A stretch of 64,000 nt of DNA from Candidatus Eiseniibacteriota bacterium (lineage in GTDB: Bacteria; Eisenbacteria; RBG-16-71-46; DASYSL01), in assembly GCA_031431875.1 (NCBI GenBank), contig JANPEF010000153.1, positions 45,891 to 109,890 on the forward strand, given 5' to 3'. Both the position numbers and the translations under genes were made by a program. Positions 28,473 to 36,503 of the stretch are shown piece by piece. Every line of letters starts with the position of its first letter. The first letter of the stretch is position 1. The notes beneath the pieces are model-generated. The model had not been told where the DNA came from. It saw only the letters and a program-made list of their open reading frames with translations, and made no database searches.

Positions 28473-30680
28473 TCAGAGGAACTTGAGGATCACGATCGTG
28501 CGGTCATCGGCCGGTCCGTCGCGGTGCCAGTCGGCGGCGGCGGCGAGCGCCCGGGCGGCAATCCGATCGGCCCGGAGGCCGCGATCGCGAGCGAGGACCT
28601 GGCCCAGGCGTTCGGGGTCGAACGGCGTGTCGCCCCGGAGGGCGTCGGTCAGACCGTCGGTGTAGAACGCGATCAGGCTGCCGCGCTCGAAGGTCCACTC
28701 GATCTCCTCGTAGGTCTCGCCCGAGGAGACGCCGAGGATCAGCCCGCCGTGCTCGACCTCCTCGTGGCGGCCGTCGGGGTGGACGACGATCGGCGGGTTG
28801 AGGCCCGCGTTTGCCCACGTCAGCGTGCGCCGCCGCGCGTCGAGCCGCGCGTAGGCGAGGCAGACGAACTTCTCGGGCTGGTGCAACTGCACCAGTTCCT
28901 CGTTGACGCGGACGAGTGCTGCGCCGGGGGCGAGGTCGTCGTCGACGCGGCTGCGCAGCCCTGCCTGGACGCCGGCGAGCAGCAGTGCCGCCGGCAGACC
29001 CTTGCCGCAGACGTCGGCGATCGCCACGCCGAGCGTGCGCGGGCCGAGCGGGAGGAAGTCGTAGTAGTCGCCGCCGATCTCGCCGGCCGGCACGGTCGCG
29101 CCGGCCAGGTCGACGGTGGGGAGCACCGGTGCGGTGTGCGGCAGCAGGCGCTCCTGGATGCGGCGCGCCAGTTGCACGTCGCGCTCGAGCCCGGCGCGTT
29201 CGACCAGGCGATCGTGGAGCACCGCGTTCTCGACGCGTGCCGACGCCTCGCGCGCGAACGCGGCCACCTGCTCGCGCTCGCCGGCGTCGAACCATGGACC
29301 CGACAGGCGGGGCCCGAGCGCGAGCACGGCGCGGCAGCGATCCTCGGCGAACAGCGGCACCAGCAGCGATGCGCCGTCCTCGCCGAGAGCGAGCTCGCCG
29401 GCCGTGAGCGGCGCGCGCGCCAGCGACAGCCGCTCGATCGCCGCCGCGGGCGGCGGATCGGCGAGGCGGCCGTGGCGCCTCGAGGCCTCGCCGTGCAGCG
29501 TCGCGAAGCGTGCAGCGCCGGCGGGGGAGACGGCGAACACCGCGCAGTGTTCGAGCCCGAGCGCGCGCACCAGCTCACCGGCCGCGTCGTCGAGCACCTG
29601 CGCCAGCGGCGCGAACGTGGCCGCAGCACTCACCGCGCCGGGTGTGCCGGGCTGCCGCGGCCGCTCGAAGCCAAAGCCGGCGCGCGGCCGCCCGCGCGGC
29701 AGCAGCGCGCCGCCGTCGAACACGCGATGGACGACGGTCGCGTAGCCGAAGCCCGCGGGCACGAGCAGAAGCCACAGCCCCGCGAAGTCCTCCCCCGGCC
29801 ACGCGATTGCGGGCGCGACGTTCTTGGCCAGCGTCAGGAGTGCGAGCGGCACGAGCCCGAGCGTGACGCTCCACACGAGTGCGGTGAGACGCGGACGATG
29901 CTGCGCCGCAGCGCGCCGGTACCCGCCAACGAACGTGACGACGGCGGCGAGCACGGCGCCGCAGAGGAACAGCGCGGCGAGCGCTTCGTAAGCGCCGCCC
30001 GCGAGGAAGCGCGCGGCCGGCGCCGGCGCCATCCCGGAGCGCGACGACAGGTCGAGTCCGACGGCGAGGCCGAACAGCACGATGGCGCCGCCGTATCCGA
30101 TCGCGGCGAGGCCGCGGCCCAGGCGTCCGGGTTGACCCTCGGGAAAGCGGGCGAAGAAGTCGACGAGCGCTGCCGGTAACAGCAGCGTGGCGAGCCCGCG
30201 CAAGGCCTCGAGCGCGGGGCCGCCCGGCGGACCGGCGAGCCACGCCGGTGCGACCGGATGGGGGGCGAGCGCCAGCGCGGCCGAGAACGCGAACAGCGCG
30301 AAGGCGAGGACCAGGCGATCGCCGCGCGCCGCCAGGGCAACCGCGCCGACCAGCGCGAATGCGGCGGCGAGCACGAGAGTGACGATGGAACGGGCGCGTT
30401 CACTGGCGGCGGGTGCGGTGGCCGTGAGCGTGACCTCGCGATCACCGATGCGCGCGACGTAGGTCGCACCCGGAACGGCCGGGGGCGGGGCAGCGAGCCG
30501 GTCACCCACGGCGATGTCGGCGCGATCGGCCGCCCCGCCCCGGGTCACGGCCATGACGCGATCGCCGCGCAGGCGCACGCCCCAGCTGCCGCGCGACGGC
30601 AGCTCGAGCGCGACGGCGAGCACAATCAGTCCCGCCACAATGCCGTACCCCCACACGGAGGCCCGGAGGGAACGCGTCAT
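28473..30680 (-). CDS. Membrane-bound PP2C/SpoIIE (RsbU-like) phosphatase with PDZ-like, multi-TM and GAF regions
   Basis: IGGDYYDF, IADVCGKG, YTDGLTD, DDRTIV motifs; about 7-8 TM; AGGAGG RBS. Confidence 0.88.
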   Translation of the reverse strand: MTRSLRASVWGYGIVAGLIVLAVALELPSRGSWGVRLRGDRVMAVTRGGAADRADIAVGDRLAAPPPAVPGATYVARIGDREVTLTATAPAASERARSIVTLVLAAAFALVGAVALAARGDRLVLAFALFAFSAALALAPHPVAPAWLAGPPGGPALEALRGLATLLLPAALVDFFARFPEGQPGRLGRGLAAIGYGGAIVLFGLAVGLDLSSRSGMAPAPAARFLAGGAYEALAALFLCGAVLAAVVTFVGGYRRAAAQHRPRLTALVWSVTLGLVPLALLTLAKNVAPAIAWPGEDFAGLWLLLVPAGFGYATVVHRVFDGGALLPRGRPRAGFGFERPRQPGTPGAVSAAATFAPLAQVLDDAAGELVRALGLEHCAVFAVSPAGAARFATLHGEASRRHGRLADPPPAAAIERLSLARAPLTAGELALGEDGASLLVPLFAEDRCRAVLALGPRLSGPWFDAGEREQVAAFAREASARVENAVLHDRLVERAGLERDVQLARRIQERLLPHTAPVLPTVDLAGATVPAGEIGGDYYDFLPLGPRTLGVAIADVCGKGLPAALLLAGVQAGLRSRVDDDLAPGAALVRVNEELVQLHQPEKFVCLAYARLDARRRTLTWANAGLNPPIVVHPDGRHEEVEHGGLILGVSSGETYEEIEWTFERGSLIAFYTDGLTDALRGDTPFDPERLGQVLARDRGLRADRIAARALAAAADWHRDGPADDRTIVILKFL

Positions 30681-30764
30681 CGTTCCTCCTGACAGGAGCC
30701 CGTGCGGGGGCGGGGATCACCCTGCCGCCTGCGGGCGTGGCTGTCAAGGACGCGGGAACTTCCC

Positions 30765-30793
30765 CTCAAGCCCGCCCCGTGGGCTGCCGATCA
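30765..30793 (+). promoter_or_regulatory. sigma28-type promoter of csrA-flgM
   Basis: CTCAAG-N15-GCCGATCA (TCAA-N16), close to TAAA-N15-GCCGATAA. Confidence 0.65.
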
Positions 30794-30854
30794 CCCGGGC
30801 GAGGGGCGGAAGGGCCTGTGGACCCGATTCCGCCCCCGACCAGGGAGGTCCATC

Positions 30855-31121
30855 ATGTTGGTCCTGACAAGGAAGTTGGGCGAGAACATCCGCATCGGGG
30901 ACGTGATCAAGATCACGGTCCTCGAAGTGCGCTCGGGCCAGGTGAAGCTCGGCATCGACGCGCCGCCGGAAGTGAAGGTGCATCGCGAGGAGATCTATGC
31001 GCGCATCCAGGCCGAAAATCGCCGGGCCGCAGCGACGTCGCCGGAGGCTCTCCGTGACGCCGCCCGGGATCTCCCCTGGTCGGCCGAAGAGCGCGGGCCG
31101 AAAGGACCTTCTCGACCCTGA
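30855..31121 (+). CDS. csrA: Carbon storage regulator CsrA (long, flagellar-associated type)
   Basis: MLVLTRK...IRIGD...[16 protein letters not shown]; C-terminal extension. Confidence 0.95.
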   Translation: MLVLTRKLGENIRIGDVIKITVLEVRSGQVKLGIDAPPEVKVHREEIYARIQAENRRAAATSPEALRDAARDLPWSAEERGPKGPSRP

Positions 31122-31158
31122 CCGCCGCGATCCGGTTCGCGGCCCGGGAAAACGGACC

Positions 31159-31356
31159 ATGAACCAGGACTCCAATCGCTCGCCCCGACTCGCCGTGCTG
31201 TCCCTCGTCGAAGCGATCGGCACGCCCGCCGCAGCCGTCCGTGCGGACCGCGTGCGCGCGGCGCGAGCCCGCGTCGACGGGGGCTACTACGATCGCATCG
31301 ACGTCCGCCGAGCGCTCGTCGCCGCCCTGCTCGACCAGCTGGTCGCATCGTCCTAG
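31159..31356 (+). CDS. flgM: Anti-sigma28 factor FlgM-like protein (65 aa)
   Basis: VRADRVRAARARVDGGYY...RRALVAALL matches the FlgM C-terminal motif; fliA nearby. Confidence 0.65.
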   Translation: MNQDSNRSPRLAVLSLVEAIGTPAAAVRADRVRAARARVDGGYYDRIDVRRALVAALLDQLVASS

Positions 31357-31394
31357 CACCCACCGCACCTGCCGCCCGGTCCGCCGCACCTTTC

Positions 31395-31403
31395 TGCTAG
31401 ACT
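31395..31403 (+). promoter_or_regulatory. Extended -10 promoter of kinase-regulator pair
   Basis: TGCTAGACT 9 nt before ATG 31413; no SD. Confidence 0.45.
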
Positions 31404-31412
31404 GCGCGCGCC

Positions 31413-32642
31413 ATGGGCGCGCCCGCCAGGAATTCCACCCGCTCTCCACGAACTGCCGACACGAACGGGCCAGAGGCCGCGTTCGACGCCGAGTGCAACG
31501 CGCTTGCCGGCCTCGGAGACCTGCTCTCCGACGGCCTCGTCGTGTCCGATGCCGAGGGCAAGGTCCGCTACGCCAATCCCGAAGCCCTGCGCATGCTCGG
31601 CGCCACCGCGACGTGGGTGCGCGCTCGGGTCACGGGCGAGGTGTTGCGCACCGCGGTGCCGGGCGCCGATCCGCTTGCCGACGCGAAGGCGGGGGAGCCG
31701 CAGGTCGAGGAGACGCTGCTGCTCACGAGGGCCGGCAACGAGGTGCCCGCGCGCGTCACGTTGCGGCGGCTCGCCTCGGGCGGCGCGTGCGCGGCGCTCC
31801 GGGACCTGACGCAGGACCAGCGGCTGCAGCGCGAGCTGCGCCTGCGCGAGCGCCTCGCCACCGTCGGCGAGCTGGCCGCCGGCGTCGCGCACGAGATCCG
31901 CAATCCGCTGGCCGGGATCTCGTCGGCGGCGCAGGTGCTGCTGACGCGCTTCGAGCCGCGTGACGATCGCCAGAAGTTCTGCCGCGTGATCATCGAGCAG
32001 GTCGACCGGCTCGATCACACGGTGACCAGCCTGCTCAAGTTCGCGCGGCCGCCCGAGCCACAGTTGCGCCCGACGGTGCTGCCCGACGTGATCGAGCGCG
32101 TGCTCACGCTCGAGGCCGAGCGCCTCGCCGAGGGCAAGGTCGCGGTCGAGCGCCGCTACGCCGCCCGCGTGCCGACGCTCTACCTCGACCCGGGCCTGAT
32201 CGAGCAGGTGCTGCTCAACCTGGTGCAGAACGCGGTCCAGGCCATGCCCGGGGGCGGTTCGCTCACGTTCGAGCTGGGCCTCGCCACGCGACGCACGCGC
32301 GGGGCGGAGCGCTCGCGCGGTCGCCGGACCCTCGACGCCTCGCCGGCGACGGCGGGGGGCGAGGCCGCGCGGATCGGCGGGCCCGACGAGATTCCGGTCG
32401 TGCGGCTGCGGCTGCTCGACACCGGCCTGGGCGTGCCGAAGGAAGTGCTGCCCCGCCTGTTCGATCCGTTCTTCACCACGAAGGCCTCGGGCACCGGGCT
32501 CGGGCTCTCGATTTCGCAGTCCATCATCCAGGAACACGGGGGAGCGATCTCGATCGCCAGCCGCGAGGGACGCGGCACCACCGTCATCATCGAGTTTCCG
32601 CTGGAGAAACGACATGGCCAGAGACGAGAAGACGCTCGCTAG
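31413..32642 (+). CDS. Cytoplasmic PAS histidine kinase (NtrB-like)
   Basis: PAS, AHEIRNPL H-box, NLVQNA, FDPFFTTK..GTGLGL; no TM. Confidence 0.92.
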   Translation: MGAPARNSTRSPRTADTNGPEAAFDAECNALAGLGDLLSDGLVVSDAEGKVRYANPEALRMLGATATWVRARVTGEVLRTAVPGADPLADAKAGEPQVEETLLLTRAGNEVPARVTLRRLASGGACAALRDLTQDQRLQRELRLRERLATVGELAAGVAHEIRNPLAGISSAAQVLLTRFEPRDDRQKFCRVIIEQVDRLDHTVTSLLKFARPPEPQLRPTVLPDVIERVLTLEAERLAEGKVAVERRYAARVPTLYLDPGLIEQVLLNLVQNAVQAMPGGGSLTFELGLATRRTRGAERSRGRRTLDASPATAGGEAARIGGPDEIPVVRLRLLDTGLGVPKEVLPRLFDPFFTTKASGTGLGLSISQSIIQEHGGAISIASREGRGTTVIIEFPLEKRHGQRREDAR

Positions 32643-34122
32643 CACGACGGGCACCATCCTTGTGGTCGAGGACGAGCAGGCACAGCGCGAGACGCTGTGT
32701 GCGTTCCTCGGCGAGGAGTACACGATGCTCGAGGCGGGCAACGGCACGGAGGCGCTCGCGCACGTCAGCGAGAACCCGGTCGACCTGGTGTTCCTCGACC
32801 TGAGGCTCGGGCGCGAGGATGGTCTCGAGATCCTCAAAAAGCTGCGCGCCGAGGCGCCCGGCCTGCCCGTGATCATGCTCACGGCGCACGGCACGCCCGA
32901 GCATGCGTTCACGGCGTACCGCCATGGCGCCGTGCACTTCATGTCGAAGCCATACAAGCTGGATGAACTGAAGGAGCGCGTCCGCTACGAGTTCGAGGCC
33001 GCCGCCTTGCGTCGCGAGAAGGAAAACCTCGAGGGGGTGCGCGCCGAGTTCGCCGGCCAGCCGCTGCTCGGCTCGAGCCCGGAGCTCAAGCGCGTGCTGG
33101 AGCAGATCACCAAGATCGCGCGCCTCTCGACCTCGACCGTGCTGATCCGTGGTGAGACGGGCGCCGGCAAGGAACTCGTCGCGCAGCAGGTGCACGTGCA
33201 GAGTCCGCGTGGCTCGGGCCCGTTCGTCGAGCTCAACTGTTCGGCCGTTCCCGAGAACCTGCTCGAGTCCGAGTTGTTCGGCTTCGAGCGCGGCGCGTTC
33301 ACCGACGCCAAGCGCACCAAGAAGGGCGTCTTCGAGATGGCCGCCGCGGGCACGCTGTTCCTCGACGAGATCGGTGAGATGTCGCTGGGCCTGCAGGCCA
33401 AGCTGCTCAAGGTGCTCGAGTCGAAGACATTCCGCCGGCTCGGCGGCACGGCCGACATCACGGTCGACACGCGCGTCGTCGCGGCCACCAATCGCGACCT
33501 GAAGAAGGAGGTCGAGCTCGGCCGCTTCCGCGAGGACCTCTACTTCCGGCTCCAGGTGATTCCCATCGAAGTGCCACCGTTGCGCGCCCGGGCGAGCGAC
33601 ATCCCGATGTTGTTGCGCCACTTCATCGATCGCTTCTCGCGCGAGGTGGGCCGCATGCCGGCGCGCCTCCATCCCGAGGCCGAGCGCCTGCTCGTCGGCT
33701 ACGCGTGGCCCGGCAATGTGCGCGAGCTGCGCAACGTGATCGAGCGCATCGTGCTGCTCGAGAGTGACGAGGAGATCCGGCCCGAGCACCTGCCGTCCGA
33801 GATTTCGCGGCCGGCGGCGACGGCGAGTGTCGCGGGTGCGCCGGCGGCGACCAGTGCGGTGAGTGCGAGTGCCGGTGGTGGTGGTCCTGGCGGCGGCTCC
33901 GCCGCCGGGACATCGGTGGGTGCGGTGTGGTTCTCGCCGGGCGTCATCATGCCCCTGGCCGAGGTCGAGATGCGGGCGATCCAACACGCGCTGGGCTGCG
34001 AGCGCGGCAACAAGACGCGCGCGGCACAGGCGCTGGGAATCTCGCGCCAGACGCTGCGCACCAAGCTCAAGGAGCACGCCCTCGAAGAGGCGGCCGAGGG
34101 GGTGGACGAGGGCGGCGACTAG
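32614..34122 (+). CDS. sigma54-dependent response regulator (REC-AAA+-Fis HTH)
   Basis: REC, GETGAGKE, GAFTDA, FLDEIGE, WPGNVRELRN, GNKTRAAQALGISR. Confidence 0.95.
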   Translation: MARDEKTLASTTGTILVVEDEQAQRETLCAFLGEEYTMLEAGNGTEALAHVSENPVDLVFLDLRLGREDGLEILKKLRAEAPGLPVIMLTAHGTPEHAFTAYRHGAVHFMSKPYKLDELKERVRYEFEAAALRREKENLEGVRAEFAGQPLLGSSPELKRVLEQITKIARLSTSTVLIRGETGAGKELVAQQVHVQSPRGSGPFVELNCSAVPENLLESELFGFERGAFTDAKRTKKGVFEMAAAGTLFLDEIGEMSLGLQAKLLKVLESKTFRRLGGTADITVDTRVVAATNRDLKKEVELGRFREDLYFRLQVIPIEVPPLRARASDIPMLLRHFIDRFSREVGRMPARLHPEAERLLVGYAWPGNVRELRNVIERIVLLESDEEIRPEHLPSEISRPAATASVAGAPAATSAVSASAGGGGPGGGSAAGTSVGAVWFSPGVIMPLAEVEMRAIQHALGCERGNKTRAAQALGISRQTLRTKLKEHALEEAAEGVDEGGD

Positions 34123-34162
34123 TTCACGGCCGATCGGCCAGCTTGTGTCCATGATGTCACGA

Positions 34163-34192
34163 GGGGCGTCCCGCCGGGAGGCGGGGCGCCCC
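34163..34192 (+). terminator. 13-bp GC-rich hairpin after kinase-regulator pair
   Basis: GGGGCGTCCCGCC-GGGA-GGCGGGGCGCCCC then GAGTCGTTTT; U tract offset. Confidence 0.45.
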
Positions 34193-34319
34193 GAGTCGTT
34201 TTCCCTCCGCACGCCCTCCGGACTGCACTCCATCGCATCGTCCTGCAATCGGTTGCGCCGCCGCGCCGCGGTCGACCGCGACCGCCCCGGCCCGGTTCCG
34301 TTCCGCCTTCGGCGGGGAA

Positions 34320-34335
34320 TGGCACAAAGCGTGCA
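34320..34335 (+). promoter_or_regulatory. sigma54 -24/-12 promoter
   Basis: TGGCAC-AAAGC-GTGCA with GG-N10-GC spacing, upstream of 34389. Confidence 0.75.
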
Positions 34336-34388
34336 CTTTCCCCGGTTGCACGACCACCATCCACAGCGCAGGGAACGCGAGGACACCG

Positions 34389-34757
34389 ATGCCGCACATC
34401 CTGATCGTCGAAGACGAGCACGCCACCGCCTGGGCCCTCGAACAGGGGCTCTCGGACGAGGGCTACTCGATCGCCACCGTCGACAGCGCCGAGAAGGCGC
34501 TGGCTGCGGTGCGCGAGCGGCGTGCCGACCTCGTGATCACGGACCTTCGCCTGCCGCGCATGGACGGAGTCGAGCTGGTGCGCCGCCTGATGGGAAGAAA
34601 GCACGCCGCGCCGGTGATCGTCGTCACCGCATACGGCACGCAGCAGACGCTGCGCGACCTCGAGGATGCGGGGATCCATGCCTGCTTCCCCAAGCCCTTC
34701 CGCATGGAGCAGCTGCGGAAGAGCGTCAAGGCCGCGCTCGACGAGGCCGGCGCGTGA
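34389..34757 (+). CDS. Single-domain response regulator (CheY-like)
   Basis: ILIVEDE, ITDLRLP, TAYG, KPF. Confidence 0.92.
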   Translation: MPHILIVEDEHATAWALEQGLSDEGYSIATVDSAEKALAAVRERRADLVITDLRLPRMDGVELVRRLMGRKHAAPVIVVTAYGTQQTLRDLEDAGIHACFPKPFRMEQLRKSVKAALDEAGA

Positions 34758-34999
34758 GCGGCGAGGATGCCGTTGCGGTCGCCCTCGATGGACTCGAGGG
34801 GGAGGCGCGCCTCGTGCTCGCGCTCCTCTTCATCGAAGGCTTGAACGAGGCCGAAACCGCCGCCGCGCTCGACCGTCCGGTCGCCCACGTTCGTCGGCTC
34901 GCCGGGCTGGCGCAGGGAGCGCTGGCGGCGGCACTCGCCGGTGCGGCCCGCCGGACGGCCGGTCCCACGCTCGCTTCAGGGAGGAAGCATGCGCCGTAA
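34754..34999 (+). CDS. Stand-alone sigma70 region-4-like HTH protein (81 aa)
   Basis: GTGA overlap; gapless alignment by eye to region 4 of the neighbouring FliA. Confidence 0.6.
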   Translation: MSGEDAVAVALDGLEGEARLVLALLFIEGLNEAETAAALDRPVAHVRRLAGLAQGALAAALAGAARRTAGPTLASGRKHAP

Positions 35000-35246
35000 C
35001 GCCGCAACGTCGACCGAGAAGTCGACCGAGAAGTCGACCGAGAAGAAGCCGTTGGCCGCGCGTCTCACCCAGGTGCGTCGCATGGTCGAGCGCGTCGAGG
35101 CGGAGCGCGTCAAGTTCGAGGACGTCGGCCTGACGCGCCTGGCGCAAGAGAAGGCCCGCGAGAAGCGCTACTGGCAGTTCGTCCAGGCCGTGCTCGAGCT
35201 GCAGCCCTGGATGGGCCAGACGCCGAGCCGGCACACGGTGCACTGA
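34989..35246 (+). CDS. Small helical hypothetical protein (85 aa)
   Basis: AGGAGGAAG RBS, GC-typical codons, STEK x3 then charged helix. Confidence 0.6.
   Translation: MRRNAATSTEKSTEKSTEKKPLAARLTQVRRMVERVEAERVKFEDVGLTRLAQEKAREKRYWQFVQAVLELQPWMGQTPSRHTVH
35009..35044 (+). repeat. 12-bp tandem repeat x3 (GTCGACCGAGAA)
   Basis: Three exact in-frame copies encoding STEK. Confidence 0.85.
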
Positions 35247-35523
35247 GCAACACGAGGACGATCGGACCGCATGGACGCGGTCGCACGGTTCCGCAGGGAC
35301 GCGGGACGATCCGGGCCCGGGAGCGTGACTCCCGGGCCCGACCATTTTCTGGCCGCACGACACGGGGACGCGCGATTCATGTTCAGTCGGCCGGGTCGGC
35401 GGCCGACAACCGTCCAGCTCTCTCCCGCCGAAGGCGGGAGAAGCGATTTTGGTCAAGTTCATAACTCCTAGTCACATAAGCCGTTCACGCATTCACTTCA
35501 GATTGCCTCACGGCCGTGCGCCG

Positions 35524-35539
35524 TGGCACGCGCCTTGCG
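35524..35539 (+). promoter_or_regulatory. sigma54 -24/-12 promoter of flhG-fliA operon
   Basis: TGGCACG-CGCC-TTGCG, near-perfect consensus. Confidence 0.85.
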
Positions 35540-35595
35540 TTTTGCCTCCGCGACCGACCCATCCGGGGTCGGGACCACGAAGACGGAGAGCGACC

Positions 35596-36483
35596 ATGGC
35601 CGACCTCAAACTCGTTCCGCCCGCCCGCACCTCGCGGGGCACCGCCCGCAAGGGGGACGCCCGCGAGCACTTCGTGGCGCTGGCTCGTCCGACGGTGCGC
35701 ACGATCGCGGTGACCAGCGGAAAGGGCGGCGTCGGCAAGAGCACGGTCTCGGCGAACCTGGCCGTCGCTCTGGGCGAGCTCGGCGCCCGCGTCATCCTGT
35801 TCGACGGCGATCTCGCCCAGGCGAACCTGGACCTGTTGCTCGGCCTGTCGCCGCGCTGGGACCTGGGGCATGTGCTGCGCGGGGAGAAGACGCTCGACCA
35901 GATCGTGGTCGAGGGACCGCATGGCGTCCGCCTCGTGCCCGCCGCTTCGGGTGACCGCGATCTCGCCGACCTCGACGACTTCCGGCGCGAGGGCCTGTAC
36001 CGCGAACTGTCGCGCCTGTCGGTCGACGCCGACCTCGTGATCATCGACACCGCCTCGGGAGCCTCGCACCTCACCTCGTCGTTCGCCCGTGCGGCGTCCG
36101 AGCTGGTGGTGGTGACGACGACCGAGCCGACGTCGTACTCCGATGCGTACGGCCTCCTCAAGGTGCTCGTCGCCCAGGGCCTCACGGGCACGCCGAACGT
36201 CCTGGTCAATCGCGCGCCGTCGCTCGAGGAAGCCGAGGAGGTTGCACACGACCTCGCCTCGCTGACGCGCCGCTTCCTCGATCGCAACGTGAACTCGCTT
36301 GGCGCCGTGCCCGACGACCCCGCGGTCGGGCAGGCCGTGCGTCGCCGTCGTCCCGTCGTCGAAGCTGCTCCGAACAGTCCGTCCGCCCTCGCCTTCCGCA
36401 CGCTGGCGGGTCGGTTGTGGGCCCGTCCGTCCGATCCGCGTCCGCAGGCGCTCTCCGGCGAGCGCCTGCGCCTGTCCGCCTGA
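35596..36483 (+). CDS. flhG: FlhG/FleN-family MinD-like ATPase
   Basis: SGKGGVGKS, DGDLAQANLDLLLGL, EPTSYSDAYGLLK; directly before fliA. Confidence 0.85.
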   Translation: MADLKLVPPARTSRGTARKGDAREHFVALARPTVRTIAVTSGKGGVGKSTVSANLAVALGELGARVILFDGDLAQANLDLLLGLSPRWDLGHVLRGEKTLDQIVVEGPHGVRLVPAASGDRDLADLDDFRREGLYRELSRLSVDADLVIIDTASGASHLTSSFARAASELVVVTTTEPTSYSDAYGLLKVLVAQGLTGTPNVLVNRAPSLEEAEEVAHDLASLTRRFLDRNVNSLGAVPDDPAVGQAVRRRRPVVEAAPNSPSALAFRTLAGRLWARPSDPRPQALSGERLRLSA

Positions 36484-36503
36484 ACCGTCCGAGGAGATCG
36501 CCC

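Noticed and set aside
35453-35478. Third sigma28 promoter at TCAAG
   Set aside because: No GCCGAT-like -10 at the right spacing.
35250-35520. c-di-GMP riboswitch upstream of flhG
   Set aside because: GGGACGC is present but the GCAAA/GNRA tetraloop-receptor architecture is not.
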